Shown here in pieces: positions 19,470 through 31,897 of a DNA stretch of 64,000 nucleotides (position 1 is the stretch's first letter; every line of letters starts with the position of its first letter). The stretch comes from Planctomycetota bacterium (lineage in GTDB: Bacteria > Planctomycetota > UBA8108 > SXIK01), in the NCBI GenBank assembly GCA_965223845.1, contig CBDCXR010000004.1, positions 7,392,001 through 7,456,000 of the forward strand, written 5' to 3'. The notes below the pieces were generated by a model, which saw only the letters and a list, made by a program, of their open reading frames with translations, was not told the DNA's origin and did not search any database. A program made the translations under genes and the position numbers.

Positions 19470-20275
19470 CACCCTGTTTACCCCATTTCCTTCTCGCAGC
19501 GGATCCGCTCGGGCACGTCGTCGACTATCCGCTGTTCGAAATCGACGCGCTCTGGAGCATCGGCCTCACGAAGCAGGTCTTCATGTTCCTCCTCGCCGGC
19601 GTCCTCACGATCCTCTTCTTTTGGGGATACGCGAAGAACGCGGGCAAAGAGAAGGTTCCGTCGCGCTACGGGAACTTCGTCGAGTCCTTGCTCCTCTTCA
19701 TCCGCGACCAGATGACGCGCCCCTTCATGGGCGAGCACGGCGACAAATTCGTTCCCGTCTTGACGACGTTTTTTACGTACATCCTCTTTTGCAATCTGCT
19801 TGGGATGATCCCGCTCTTCGACTACATGGGTCACGGCGGGAATACGGCGACTGGCAATCTCTGCATCAATGCCGGTCTCGCCGCTTGCGCCTTCGCGTTC
19901 TATCACTTCCAAGGGATCAAGGAACAAGGCGGGTTCGTCACGTACGCGAAGAATCTCTTTCCGCACGTTCCCCTCTTCGTCCTCCCGATCATCGTGGTCG
20001 TCGAGCTCGTCGCTCATATCGTGCGGCCGTGCGCGCTCGCGATTCGACTTTTTGCGAATATGCTCGCCGGACACATCATGCTGGCGATCTTGCTCGGCTT
20101 CACCGCGGTGTTTACGAAGGACTTTATCGTGGGAGGCGGGCTGATCGCGATCGTGTCGACTCTCGCGGTGACGGCGCTCTCGTTCCTCGAGCTTCTCGTC
20201 GCGATGATTCAGGCGTTCGTGTTCACGTTCCTCACGACGGTGTTTCTCGCCGGCGCGGTGCATCCCGAGCACTGA
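19466..20275 (+). CDS. atpB: ATP synthase Fo subunit a
   Basis: NLLGMIP, TATGN, RPCALAIRLFANMLAGH, IQAFVF. Confidence 0.95.
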   Translation: MTPCLPHFLLAADPLGHVVDYPLFEIDALWSIGLTKQVFMFLLAGVLTILFFWGYAKNAGKEKVPSRYGNFVESLLLFIRDQMTRPFMGEHGDKFVPVLTTFFTYILFCNLLGMIPLFDYMGHGGNTATGNLCINAGLAACAFAFYHFQGIKEQGGFVTYAKNLFPHVPLFVLPIIVVVELVAHIVRPCALAIRLFANMLAGHIMLAILLGFTAVFTKDFIVGGGLIAIVSTLAVTALSFLELLVAMIQAFVFTFLTTVFLAGAVHPEH

Positions 20276-20489
20276 GCGGGCTCTTCGGGGCGGCGCGGAA
20301 CTTCAGTAAGAATACAGTGCGGGCAGACGTGGGATGCGATGCGGTGCCGACGGACGGAACCGATCGCGTATCGAACAGACGATTTGAGCGCTTCCACCGG
20401 AAGCGCGGATGTCACTGAGTGCGCACCCGTCGAGTGAGGTGCTCATTCGCTCAGTGGCAGAACCTTTCATCGAAGGAGTCCATACTGCG

Positions 20490-20792
20490 ATGACCAGCTC
20501 CCTCGCATTCTTGACCTCGATCACCGCGATTCTCGGTCAGACCGCCTATCCGGAGCACCTCTACACGATGCTCGGCGTCGGTCTCGGCGCGGGCCTCGCT
20601 TGCCTCGGTGCGGGATTCGGAATCGGCAAGATCGCCTCGGCGGCCGTCGAGAGCATCGCGCGTCAGCCGGACGCGTCCGGCGACATCCGCGGCGCCATGA
20701 TCCTCACCGCCGCGTTTATCGAGGGTGTGTGCCTCTTCGGCGTCGTCGTGACGCTTCTTGGCGTGCTCAATCTCGGCGGCGGTGCCAGCTGA
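20490..20792 (+). CDS. atpE: ATP synthase Fo subunit c
   Basis: GAGFGIG, IARQP, AAFIEG; GAAGGAG before ATG 20490. Confidence 0.95.
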   Translation: MTSSLAFLTSITAILGQTAYPEHLYTMLGVGLGAGLACLGAGFGIGKIASAAVESIARQPDASGDIRGAMILTAAFIEGVCLFGVVVTLLGVLNLGGGAS

Positions 20793-20822
20793 GTCCGTTC
20801 GGTTCCTTTTGGGAGAACGATC

Positions 20823-21422
20823 ATGATAAGTGGGAAGACCACTCTCGATCGTCTCGACCGCGGACGGCTGCGGCCTTGGTGGTGCGCGTTCGTCGTGCTC
20901 GCTTCGTCGGCGTCTCCGCTCCTCGCGGCGGAAACCGGTGGGTCGTACATCCTGCCGTCGACGATCTGGGCGATCGTTTCGTTCCTCATCGTCCTTTTCG
21001 TCCTCACGAAGAAGCTGATTCCGCCGATTCTGAAGGCGATGGACGATCGGGCAAAGGAGATTCGCGAATCCCTCGACGCGGCGGCACTCGCGAAGGCGGA
21101 CGCCGAGAAGATGATCTCGCAGCACGAGTCCGAGCTCGAAAAGGCTCGGGACGAGGCGACCGCGATCATCGAGGAGGGACGAGCCGACGCTCAGCGTCTC
21201 AAGGACTCGATCGTCGCCAGCGCTAAAAAAGAGGCGCAGGAGATCACGGACCGCTCGGTGCGTGAGATCGAACAAGCGAAGGTCACCGCGGTCGACGAGC
21301 TCCAAAAGATGTCGGCGCGCCTCGCGATCGACATCGCGAGTGAGCTCATTCGCAAGAATCTCAATCCGGAGGAACAGCGTCAGCTGATCGAAGAGCGCAT
21401 CAGAGAGTTTCCCGCGGCGTAG
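20823..21422 (+). CDS. atpF: ATP synthase Fo subunit b
   Basis: TM helix, PILKAMDDR, long coiled coil; operon position. Confidence 0.92.
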   Translation: MISGKTTLDRLDRGRLRPWWCAFVVLASSASPLLAAETGGSYILPSTIWAIVSFLIVLFVLTKKLIPPILKAMDDRAKEIRESLDAAALAKADAEKMISQHESELEKARDEATAIIEEGRADAQRLKDSIVASAKKEAQEITDRSVREIEQAKVTAVDELQKMSARLAIDIASELIRKNLNPEEQRQLIEERIREFPAA

Positions 21423-21481
21423 ACCTCGCCGTCGCTCTCCGGTCCTCGTATCGGCGTTCCGGCCGTGGCTTCGAGACACCA

Positions 21482-22051
21482 ATGACCCTAGAACCGTTCA
21501 TCGTTTCCTATTCGCATGCACTGCTCGAGTTCGCCGACGAGAAAGGCGAGCTCGACGCGGTTCGCGATGCGGCGGAGCTCGTGATCAAGATTCTTCGCGA
21601 GGAGACGCGGCTCCGCCTCTTCCTCGAGAGTCCGCGTATCGACCGCGCGAGCAAGCTCAGCGCGATCGATGCGGCGTTCAAGGGCAAGGTCGCCGAGACC
21701 TTCTACCGGTTCGTCCGGCTCGTGACGAGCAAGGGGCGGATCGCGAGTCTCGGTGAGATCCTCGAGCAATTCCTCGTCGATCACGACGCCCACCTCGGAC
21801 GCGTCAACGTCTCCGTGACGACTGCGGTTCCTCTCGAGGAAACGCAGACGAAGAGTCTCGTGGACACGCTCGAGAAGAAGCTCGACAAGACGGTTCGCCT
21901 CTCTCCAAACGTCGACGAGTCGATCCTCGGCGGTATGGTCGTCCGGTTCGACGGCATGGTCGCCGACAGCAGCCTCCGCACATCGCTCGAAGAAGTCACC
22001 GATCGCTGGTTGTCCCTGAAACTAGGGAGTGAGTTCGTCCATGAAGATTAA
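21482..22051 (+). CDS. atpH: ATP synthase F1 delta
   Basis: [35 protein letters not shown]. Confidence 0.93.
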   Translation: MTLEPFIVSYSHALLEFADEKGELDAVRDAAELVIKILREETRLRLFLESPRIDRASKLSAIDAAFKGKVAETFYRFVRLVTSKGRIASLGEILEQFLVDHDAHLGRVNVSVTTAVPLEETQTKSLVDTLEKKLDKTVRLSPNVDESILGGMVVRFDGMVADSSLRTSLEEVTDRWLSLKLGSEFVHED

Positions 22052-23582
22052 CCCCGAAGAAATCACCTCGATCCTCAAGCAGCAGCTCGACAAGTTCGAG
22101 TCGGACTACCAGCTCGAAGAAGAGGGGACGATCATCGAAGTCGGCGACGGCATCGCGCGCGTCTACGGACTCTCGAACGCTTGCGCGGGCGAGATGCTCG
22201 AGTTCTCGAACGGATCGAAGGGAATGGCCTTCAACCTCGAAGAGTCGAGTATCGGCGCCGTGATCCTCGGCGAGTACGAGGATCTGCGCGAAGGCGATCC
22301 GGTGAAGCGGACCGGTGGTGTCGTCCGCGTCCCCGTCGGCGATGCGCTCGTCGGGCGTGTGGTCGATCCGCTCGGAAATCCGCTCGACGGCAAGGGGCCG
22401 ATCAATACGAAGGAGGAGCGGGCGGTCGAGCAAACGGCGCCTGGTATCGCGGATCGCCAACCGGTGTTCGAGCCGCTTCAGACGGGAATCAAGGCGATCG
22501 ACAGCATGATCCCGATCGGTCGCGGCCAGCGAGAGCTCATCATCGGTGACCGCGGCACCGGGAAGACGGCGATCGGCATCGACACGATCATCAACCAGAA
22601 GGGTAAGGACGTCATCTGCGTGTACGTGGCGATCGGCCAGAAGGCGTCGACCGTTGCGGGCGTCGTCGAACAGCTCACCGCGCACGGCGCGATGGACTAC
22701 ACGATCGTCGTCAACGCGCCGGCGTCGACTCCGGCTCCGCTCCAGTACATCGCCCCGTACTCGGGTACGGCGATGGCCGAGTATTTCATGCTGAACGGTG
22801 GCCACACGCTCTGCGTGTACGACGATCTCACGAAGCAGGCGGCGGCGTACCGGCAGATGTCGCTGCTTCTCCGCCGTCCGCCGGGACGCGAGGCCTACCC
22901 CGGCGACGTCTTCTACCTGCACTCGCGCCTGCTCGAACGCGCGGCGAAGCTCTCCGACGACCTCGGCGCCGGGTCGTTGACCTCGCTCCCCGTCATCGAG
23001 ACGCAGGAAGGTGAAGTCTCGGCGTACATTCCGACGAACGTGATCTCGATCACCGACGGTCAGATTTACCTTCAGCCCGATCTTTTCTTCGCTGGCGTGC
23101 GCCCCGCGGTCGACGTCGGAATCTCGGTGTCGCGCGTCGGTGGAAACGCTCAGATCAAGGGAATGAAGAAGATCGCGGGCTCGCTCCGCCTCGACCTCGC
23201 GCAGTTCCGCGAGCTCGAAGCGTTCGCTCAGCTCGGAACCGAGCTCGACAAGGCGACGCAGGCGCAGCTCGATCGCGGGTTCCGCATGGTCGAGCTCCTC
23301 AAGCAGGATCAGTACCAACCGATGGACGTCGTCGATCAGGTGATCTCCATCTGGGCCGGTACTCAGGGATATCTCGACGACGTCGGCGTCGATCAGGTGA
23401 GCGCGTTCGAGAAGGGACTCCTTCACGAGATCCATTCGGCGCACAAGGAGATCCCGGCGGCGATCGAGAAGGACAAGGATCTCTCGGACGAAACCGTCGA
23501 GCTCCTCAAGAAGGTTCTCGATCAATTCGTGAAGGACTTCGCCGCCGGAAAGATCGGCGAGTCCTCCTCAGAAGCGGCGTAA
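22041..23582 (+). CDS. atpA: ATP synthase F1 alpha
   Basis: [41 protein letters not shown]. Confidence 0.98.
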   Translation: MKINPEEITSILKQQLDKFESDYQLEEEGTIIEVGDGIARVYGLSNACAGEMLEFSNGSKGMAFNLEESSIGAVILGEYEDLREGDPVKRTGGVVRVPVGDALVGRVVDPLGNPLDGKGPINTKEERAVEQTAPGIADRQPVFEPLQTGIKAIDSMIPIGRGQRELIIGDRGTGKTAIGIDTIINQKGKDVICVYVAIGQKASTVAGVVEQLTAHGAMDYTIVVNAPASTPAPLQYIAPYSGTAMAEYFMLNGGHTLCVYDDLTKQAAAYRQMSLLLRRPPGREAYPGDVFYLHSRLLERAAKLSDDLGAGSLTSLPVIETQEGEVSAYIPTNVISITDGQIYLQPDLFFAGVRPAVDVGISVSRVGGNAQIKGMKKIAGSLRLDLAQFRELEAFAQLGTELDKATQAQLDRGFRMVELLKQDQYQPMDVVDQVISIWAGTQGYLDDVGVDQVSAFEKGLLHEIHSAHKEIPAAIEKDKDLSDETVELLKKVLDQFVKDFAAGKIGESSSEAA

Positions 23583-23622
23583 GAGACGGGCTCGGTTAGA
23601 GGCGGAATAGAGAGACCGATCG

Positions 23623-24495
23623 ATGGCGAGTGCCCGGGACCTCAAGAAGCAGATCCGTAGCGTCTCGAACACTACGAAGATCACGCGCACGATGGAGATG
23701 GTCGCGACGGCGAAGTCGAAGCGCGCGCAGGGGCGCGTCGAGTCGGCGCTGCCGTACACCGACAAGCTGCGCTCGATCCTCGCGAGCCTCAAGGACGCCG
23801 GCACGATCGCGCACGCGCTCCTCGAGGAGCGGGAAGTGAAGCGCTCGGCGCTTCTCATCCTGACGGCGAATCGGGGACTCTGCGGCGGGTACAACGCGAA
23901 CGTCTTGTCGGCGGCGGAGAAGTGGCATCGCGAGGAGATCTCGGCCGGACGCGAAGCGGACATTTACGTCGTCGGACGAAAGGGTGTCGCGCGTCTTCGG
24001 TATCTCCGCATCGAGTCGCACCGCCAGTACACGCACTTCGGTGACGAGCCGAGCTTCGCGGAGGTCGACGAGGTCGCGAGCGAGTTTCTCGCCCGATTCT
24101 TGAGCGGGGAGCTCGACCGGGTGGTGGCCGCCTCCACGCGTTACATCTCGGCGGCGAACCAGCGCGTCGAGCTCGCTCAGATCCTCCCGATCCCCGGCGA
24201 GACGGAAGATGCCGGCGACGAAACGGCGGGCGGTGAGGTCGACTATCTCTTCGAGCCGGATCGAGAGACGATCCTGAAGACGCTCCTCCCGCTGTCGGTG
24301 AAGCAGAGCGTTTATCGCCTCTTCCTCGAGGCGGCGGTGAGCGAGCACATCGCCCGGCGCGTCGCGATGAAGAATGCGAGCGACAATGCAGAAGAGATGC
24401 TCGGTTTCTACCGGCGCAAGTACAACCGCGAGCGCCAGGCGGGCATCACGCAGCAAATCATGGAGATCGTCGGCGGGGCAGAGGCGCTTTCGTAG
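23623..24495 (+). CDS. atpG: ATP synthase F1 gamma
   Basis: KITRTMEMVA, RGLCGGYN, YNRERQAGIT. Confidence 0.97.
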   Translation: MASARDLKKQIRSVSNTTKITRTMEMVATAKSKRAQGRVESALPYTDKLRSILASLKDAGTIAHALLEEREVKRSALLILTANRGLCGGYNANVLSAAEKWHREEISAGREADIYVVGRKGVARLRYLRIESHRQYTHFGDEPSFAEVDEVASEFLARFLSGELDRVVAASTRYISAANQRVELAQILPIPGETEDAGDETAGGEVDYLFEPDRETILKTLLPLSVKQSVYRLFLEAAVSEHIARRVAMKNASDNAEEMLGFYRRKYNRERQAGITQQIMEIVGGAEALS

Positions 24496-24539
24496 CGCGC
24501 CGACGGGTTGTGAGCGTATCCGACAGTAAAGAATCATAG

Positions 24540-26090
<1,551 letters not shown>

Positions 26091-26137
26091 TCCGTCGGTA
26101 CCGAAGCGACGAATTCGAGCCGCCTGTGGAGTAGCCC

Positions 26138-26539
26138 ATGGCCACCCTTGAATGTGTGATCACGAGTCCGGAAGAGCTCGCGTTTGAAGGACGCGCGCGA
26201 TCGGTCGTGGTTCCCGCGATCGATGGCTCTCTCGGGATCCTCCCGCGACACGCGCCGCTCGTCGGAGCGCTCGGAAGCGGCGAGCTCCGCATGGACCTCG
26301 AGGACGGAACGACGGCGCGCTATATGGTGGTCGGCGGCGGATTCGTGGAAGTCGTCCGCGGTCGAGTGACGATTCTCGCGGCGACGCTCGAGGATCTTTC
26401 GACCCTCGACCGATCGGACGCCGAGGCGAAGCTCGCCGAGGTGATCGCGCGGAAGCCACAGACCAAGGATATCGACGAGCTCGAGGCGTACGGCGAAGAC
26501 GTTCGCGTTGCGAAGCGCCGCGTCCAGCTCGTGAAGTGA
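26138..26539 (+). CDS. atpC: ATP synthase F1 epsilon
   Basis: GSLGILPRHAPL, GGFVEV; operon position. Confidence 0.95.
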   Translation: MATLECVITSPEELAFEGRARSVVVPAIDGSLGILPRHAPLVGALGSGELRMDLEDGTTARYMVVGGGFVEVVRGRVTILAATLEDLSTLDRSDAEAKLAEVIARKPQTKDIDELEAYGEDVRVAKRRVQLVK

Positions 26540-26576
26540 GCGAGATCGCCGATCGCCCGCCGCCCGGAGCGTTGCG

Positions 26577-27440
26577 ATGAAGTTCGCGGAGTACTTTGGG
26601 GACCAGTCGGGTCCCGTGATCTCCTTCGAGCTCTTCCCGCCGAAGACCGACGCGGCGATGGCCCAGCTCGGGCGCGTCCTTCCGCGTCTCGTCGCCCTCG
26701 AGCCGAGCTTTATGACCGTGACGTACGGCGCGTTCGGCTCGACGCAGGAGCGAACCCTGGAAATCGCCGCGGGAATCAAGCGCGATCACGGGATCGAGAC
26801 GGCTTCGCACCTCACCTGCGTCGGCTCGACGAGGGAGCAGATCGACTCGATCGTCTCCTCGATCCGCTCCTCTGGGCTCGAAAACATCGTCGCCCTCCGG
26901 GGCGACCCTCCGGCGGGAGAGACCGAGTTCGTCGCCCCCGAGGGCGGATTCGCGCACGCGAACGAGCTGGTCACGCATCTCAGCGCGCACCACGACGTCG
27001 GCATCGCCGTCGCGGGATATCCTGAGACTCACGTCGAGGCACCCGACGCCGCAACGGACTTAGCCAACCTCGTCCGCAAGGTCGACGCGGGCGCAGACGT
27101 CGTCATCACGCAGCTCTTCTACGACAATCGCGACTTCTTCGCTTTCGTCGAGCGCGCGCGTGAGGCGGGGATTCGCGTGCCGATCGTGCCGGGGATTCTT
27201 CCGATTCAATCGCTCGCTCAGATCCAGCGCATCGCAGGACTCTGCGGCGCGAAGATTCCCGCGGAGCTCGAGCGGGATCTCGAAGCCGCGGCCGACGACG
27301 CCGACAAGGTGCGCTCGATCGGTGTCGAGTGGGCGATCGCGCAGTGTAAGGATCTCCTCGCGCGCGGCGCGCCTGGGATTCACTTCTACGTGCTCAATCG
27401 ATCGCGGCACATGGAAGCGATCATGGCCGCGATTCGCTGA
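26577..27440 (+). CDS. metF: 5,10-methylenetetrahydrofolate reductase
   Basis: SFELFPPK, VTYGA, HLTC, ALRGDPP, AGYPE, TQLFYD, HFYVLN. Confidence 0.95.
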   Translation: MKFAEYFGDQSGPVISFELFPPKTDAAMAQLGRVLPRLVALEPSFMTVTYGAFGSTQERTLEIAAGIKRDHGIETASHLTCVGSTREQIDSIVSSIRSSGLENIVALRGDPPAGETEFVAPEGGFAHANELVTHLSAHHDVGIAVAGYPETHVEAPDAATDLANLVRKVDAGADVVITQLFYDNRDFFAFVERAREAGIRVPIVPGILPIQSLAQIQRIAGLCGAKIPAELERDLEAAADDADKVRSIGVEWAIAQCKDLLARGAPGIHFYVLNRSRHMEAIMAAIR

Positions 27441-27691
27441 GCCGCCGGACGCGCTCAAAGAAGAGCGGCGCCGCGCGGAGGCTCGGTGGTCGAGCGCCCG
27501 ACGCGCAAGCTCAACTGGGGCGTCGCCGGGTTCCGAGCGGGAGGATTCGAGGGCGCGAGGTGAAATGACTCCCCGGGGTAAGGCCGCGTGTCCAAGCTCC
27601 TTCCTTATCCTACGGATAAACCAAAAACGCTTGAGACAGCCTTCTCCGACTCCCGAAATGCGCCTCGCACCCGGGGAGCGCTGGTGGATAG

Positions 27692-27707
27692 AGCAAGCGC
27701 CATTCCA
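27692..27707 (-). promoter_or_regulatory. Candidate sigma54 (-24/-12) promoter
   Basis: Minus strand TGGAATGGCGCTTGCT, i.e. GG-N10-GC with TTGC, in a 425 bp intergenic gap. Confidence 0.4.
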
Positions 27708-27865
27708 TCGGACCGCCCTGCCGGAGATTCTTGCAATTCATTGTGAGGGAACGGGTTGTGGGCGTCTCCCGAAACGGCGCGCGCGCGTGCGACGTGTAAA
27801 GTGCCCTTTGCAATGTGTCGCTGGGTTCCCGGCGCGCGCGTGCGAAACGGTGGTCGCAGTCGACC

Positions 27866-30481
27866 ATGGCTGAGTTTACCGAGACCGAGATCCGCTTTCC
27901 GGAGACGGCGCGCTCGTTCCTTCGGCGCGTGATCGCGGAGGCGGGCGGGCGGGAGGTCTTCTTCCGCGCGCGCGTCGAATGGACGGACGAGCAGTCCGCG
28001 TCTGCGACCGCCGTCGTTCGCGACGTCGAGGTTGCCGCCCGCGGGACCGACTCGGCCGCGCCCGCGATCGTTCGTGGCAGCGAGGAGTGGGATCTCGCGA
28101 TCCACAATCACCCGAGCGGTGTGCTCGCACCGTCGGACGCCGACGTCGCCGTCGCGGCGGAGCTCGGGAATCTAGGAGTGGGGTTCGTCATCGTCGCGAA
28201 CGATGGCAACGCACACCACGTTGTCGTCCCGCCGATCCGGCGCAAGGAGCGGCGTCTGCTCGACCTCGACGAGGTGCGCGCGATCTTCGGCGCCGAAGGG
28301 ATCTTCGCCGAATCCTTGCCCGACTACGAAGCTCGCGCGGGCCAGGCGGAGCTCGCCGTCGAGGTGGCGCGTGCGCTCAACGAGGATCGAGTGGTGGCGG
28401 AGGAGGCCGGAACGGGAGTCGGGAAGAGCTTCGCGTATCTCGTCCCATCGATCCTCTGGGCGACGCAGAACGGCGAGCGCGTCGTCGTTTCGACGGGAAC
28501 GATTCAGCTCCAGGAGCAACTCGTAGCGAAGGATCTGCCGTTTCTCCGCCGAGTGCTCCCGATCGAGTTCCGCTACTCTCTCATCAAAGGACGGACGAAT
28601 TACGCCTGCCGGCGGAAGGCCGCAGAGGTGAAAACCCAGCTCGGGGACGGCGACTGGGTTGCGGCGCTCGAATCCCCCGAATCGACCGAGCAACTGCGCA
28701 AGCTCCTCGATTGGATCGAAGTGACGCAGGACGGCAGCCGATCGGATCTCGCGTGGACGCCTCCGTTCGATGTGTGGGAGCAGGTCATGTCGGAGACGGA
28801 CAAGACGCTCCGGGCGAAGTGCGACCACTACGAGAGCTGCTTTTACTACGCGGCGCGCCGGGCGGCGAGCGCGGCGAACGTCATCGTCGCGAACCATCAC
28901 CTCTACTTCGCCGACTTATCAGTGCGGATGGAGCTCGGAGAACAGGCGTTCGATCCGGTGCTGCCATCCTACGCACGCGTCATCTTCGATGAGGCACACC
29001 ATCTCGAGGATGTCGCCGCGGAGTACTTCGGCGTCCGCGTGTCGCCCGGCGGCATCCGGCGACGACTGGTCCGGATGTGCTCACCGGATCGTGCTGATCG
29101 GGGGGCCCTGCGGAGGGTCGGCGCGACGCTTCGGAAGGCGGGCGATGCGACCGCCGCGCACGCGCTAGAAGAGTCGCTCGCGACCGCGATCGGTGAAGCC
29201 GTGCGCCGGATCGACATCGCGATAGACGATCTGCGCGATCGCGTGGAGGAACGCGTCGCTCCCGGCCGCCCGCGCGATCGCGAGGAGTCTCGAGCGGTGG
29301 CCGACGCCGCCTCGAGTCAAAGCACACACGACGAGACGATCCGCTATCGCGGCCACCCGAACGACGAGGCATTTTGGCGAAGCTGTCGAAACAGCCTCGG
29401 TGCGATGCGCCGCGCGATCGCCGCGGTGATCGCTTCGACCGGGACCGCGATCGAAGCTCTGAAGCGAGCGCGAGTCCCCGAGACAAAACGCGATGCGCTC
29501 GCGCTCGAGTTCACCTCGTTCGCGTCGCGCCTCGACGGCGTCGCGAGCGCGATCGACCAGTTCTCCGAGTTCGACGATCGCAAACGTGTCCGGTGGCTCA
29601 CCGCGCGTCCCGACCGCCGCCGTTCCGAATTCGGTGCGCTCCTCTTTGAGTTCGCCGCAGCTCCCGTGCGCGTCGCCGAGGATCTGCGCCGGAGCGTGTT
29701 CGAAGCCTTCGGATCGGTGGTGCTCACATCGGCGACTCTCGCCGTCGCGGGTCGCCCGGATTTCTTCGCCTCGCGACTCGGGCTCGATGGGATCGAGAGC
29801 GATCGCTTCCGTTTCCGAGAGTTCGGGTCCCCGTTCGACTTCGAGCGCCAGGCTCTCGTCGTCGTGCCGAGCGATCTTCCGCCACCGGATGCGCCGCAGT
29901 ACCCGGCGGCTGTGCCGGACGCGGTTCTCGAGCTCGCTCGCGCGAGTGGCGGGCGCGCGTTCGTGCTTTTCACGTCCTACGCGCTCCTCAGGCGATGCTA
30001 CGACGCGATCGCAGATCGACTTCGAGCCGAAGAGCTCGTCCCGCTTCGCCAGGGAGACATGCCGCGCTCCGCGCTCCTCGAAGCGTTCCGGGCGAGCGGG
30101 GCCGGCGTGCTCTTCGGGACGGACAGCTTCTGGGAGGGCGTCGACGTTCGCGGGCGTGCGCTCGAGTGTGTGATCATCACCCGTCTCCCGTTTCGAGTTC
30201 CGACCGAACCACTTCAAGAAGCTCGCGTCGAAGAGCTCGAGGCGCGCGGCGAGCATCCGTTCTCGAACTTCACGCTTCCCCAAGCCGTGCTCAAGTTCAA
30301 GCAGGGCTTCGGGCGGCTGATCCGATCGACGACCGACCGGGGCGTCGTCGCGATCCTCGATCGGCGGATCATGACGAAACCGTACGGACGGACGTTCGTG
30401 CGCTCGCTGCCGCCGGTCCGGCTCATCGAGGACACGACGGCGGGGGTTGCCGCTCGAGTGCGAGCCTTCTTCGCCGAGTGA
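27866..30481 (+). CDS. DinG/YoaA family Fe-S helicase with N-terminal JAB/MPN-like domain
   Basis: IHNHPSG..PSDAD; EAGTGVGKS; KGRTNYAC; DEAHHL; LTSATL; SFWEGVD; QGFGRLIR. Confidence 0.9.
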   Translation: MAEFTETEIRFPETARSFLRRVIAEAGGREVFFRARVEWTDEQSASATAVVRDVEVAARGTDSAAPAIVRGSEEWDLAIHNHPSGVLAPSDADVAVAAELGNLGVGFVIVANDGNAHHVVVPPIRRKERRLLDLDEVRAIFGAEGIFAESLPDYEARAGQAELAVEVARALNEDRVVAEEAGTGVGKSFAYLVPSILWATQNGERVVVSTGTIQLQEQLVAKDLPFLRRVLPIEFRYSLIKGRTNYACRRKAAEVKTQLGDGDWVAALESPESTEQLRKLLDWIEVTQDGSRSDLAWTPPFDVWEQVMSETDKTLRAKCDHYESCFYYAARRAASAANVIVANHHLYFADLSVRMELGEQAFDPVLPSYARVIFDEAHHLEDVAAEYFGVRVSPGGIRRRLVRMCSPDRADRGALRRVGATLRKAGDATAAHALEESLATAIGEAVRRIDIAIDDLRDRVEERVAPGRPRDREESRAVADAASSQSTHDETIRYRGHPNDEAFWRSCRNSLGAMRRAIAAVIASTGTAIEALKRARVPETKRDALALEFTSFASRLDGVASAIDQFSEFDDRKRVRWLTARPDRRRSEFGALLFEFAAAPVRVAEDLRRSVFEAFGSVVLTSATLAVAGRPDFFASRLGLDGIESDRFRFREFGSPFDFERQALVVVPSDLPPPDAPQYPAAVPDAVLELARASGGRAFVLFTSYALLRRCYDAIADRLRAEELVPLRQGDMPRSALLEAFRASGAGVLFGTDSFWEGVDVRGRALECVIITRLPFRVPTEPLQEARVEELEARGEHPFSNFTLPQAVLKFKQGFGRLIRSTTDRGVVAILDRRIMTKPYGRTFVRSLPPVRLIEDTTAGVAARVRAFFAE

Positions 30482-30625
30482 GCGCAGAGCCGTCGAGTTC
30501 ACCGTTCCGGTTGATCCGCTCGCACCGATCATCGACAATTCGATCGCGCTCTTCACGTTCCTCTCGACGCGCAAGATTCCTCCTCTCAGACGCGAGTGCC
30601 GTACCCCTCTCCAAACGGAGTTGTC

Positions 30626-31858
30626 ATGACTAGACTCGATTCTCTCTTCCTCTTCGCCGCGGCGTTTGTCGGGTTCGGAGGGCATAGTGCCGCAGCCGAT
30701 GATCGACCTCTCCAAGTCTTTATCCTCGCCGGTCAATCGAACATGCAGGGGCACGCCCGAACCAGCACCTTCGACGCGATCGGGCTCGATCCGAAGACCG
30801 CGCCGATCCTCGCCGAGATGCGCGGTAAGGATGGCACGCCGCGCGTTTGCGAGAACGTGTGGATATCCTCGATCGGCTCCTCCGACGAGGAACAGATCGG
30901 GAAGCTGACTACGGGCTTCGGTGCGAACGCTCGCGGGCCCAAGATCGGTCCGGAGTTCACATTCGGAATCTACGCCGAGAAGCTGCTGGGCGGTCCGATC
31001 CTCATCGTCAAGACCGCGTGGGGCGGAAAGAGCCTACACACCGACTTTCGACCCCCGAGCGCCGGACCCTACGAATTCAATGCGGCACAACTCAAGCAGC
31101 TCGAGAAGCAGAAGAAGGATGTCGAAGAGGCGAAGGCGGAAAAAGCGAAAGCGACCGGGCGCTACTATCGCCTCATGATCGATCACGTGAAGAAGGTCCT
31201 GGCTGACGTCAAGCGCGTCTACCCGGACTACGACGCCTCGCTCGGGTACGAGCTAGCCGGCTTCGTGTGGTTCCAGGGATGGAACGACATGGTCGATCGC
31301 GGCGTCTACCCCAATCGGGGCGAGCCGGGAGGGTACGACGAATACAGCGCGCGGCTCGCCGAGCTGATCCGCGACGTACGGAAGGAGTTCTCGGCGCCCA
31401 AGCTTCCCTTCGTGATCGGGGTGATGGGAGTCGGCGGACCCGTCGAGAAGTACTCGCCCGAGCAGCAGCGTTACAAAGGGATCCACCAAAACTTTCGCAC
31501 GGCGATGGCCGTACCGACTTCGCTCCCCGAGTTCAAAGGGAACGTCACCGCCGTGCTCACCGAGAGGTACTGGGACATGGAAGTGGTGGAGCTCCGCGCG
31601 CGAGAGAAGGGGATCAAGGCGCCAGCGGCGAAGATCGCCGACCGCGTCAAGTCGGGCGAGCTCACTCGCGAGGGAGGGAAATCGGCCCTCGACGCGCTCT
31701 ACGCGAAGACCTTCTCTCCGCGGGAACTGACGGTCCTCAAGACGAGCACCTCGAATGCAGAGTTCCACTACCTGGGATCGGGGAAGATCATGGCCCAGAT
31801 CGGAAAGGGCTTCGCGGAGGCGATGGCCGAACTGGTCGAGGTGCGGAAGGACGAGTGA
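30626..31858 (+). CDS. Sialate O-acetylesterase (SASA, SGNH) family, secreted
   Basis: FILAGQSNMQG, GPEFTFG, KTAWGGKSL, WFQGWND, EFHYLG. Confidence 0.88.
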   Translation: MTRLDSLFLFAAAFVGFGGHSAAADDRPLQVFILAGQSNMQGHARTSTFDAIGLDPKTAPILAEMRGKDGTPRVCENVWISSIGSSDEEQIGKLTTGFGANARGPKIGPEFTFGIYAEKLLGGPILIVKTAWGGKSLHTDFRPPSAGPYEFNAAQLKQLEKQKKDVEEAKAEKAKATGRYYRLMIDHVKKVLADVKRVYPDYDASLGYELAGFVWFQGWNDMVDRGVYPNRGEPGGYDEYSARLAELIRDVRKEFSAPKLPFVIGVMGVGGPVEKYSPEQQRYKGIHQNFRTAMAVPTSLPEFKGNVTAVLTERYWDMEVVELRAREKGIKAPAAKIADRVKSGELTREGGKSALDALYAKTFSPRELTVLKTSTSNAEFHYLGSGKIMAQIGKGFAEAMAELVEVRKDE

Positions 31859-31897
31859 AGTCGGGCTCGCGACTCGGGATCGAGCCCGCGCTCGACC

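Noticed and set aside
20276-20489. Riboswitch in the long atpB-atpE spacer
   Set aside because: Only a simple hairpin (cactgagtg/cgctcagtg); no known aptamer motif; more likely an mRNA stability or translation element
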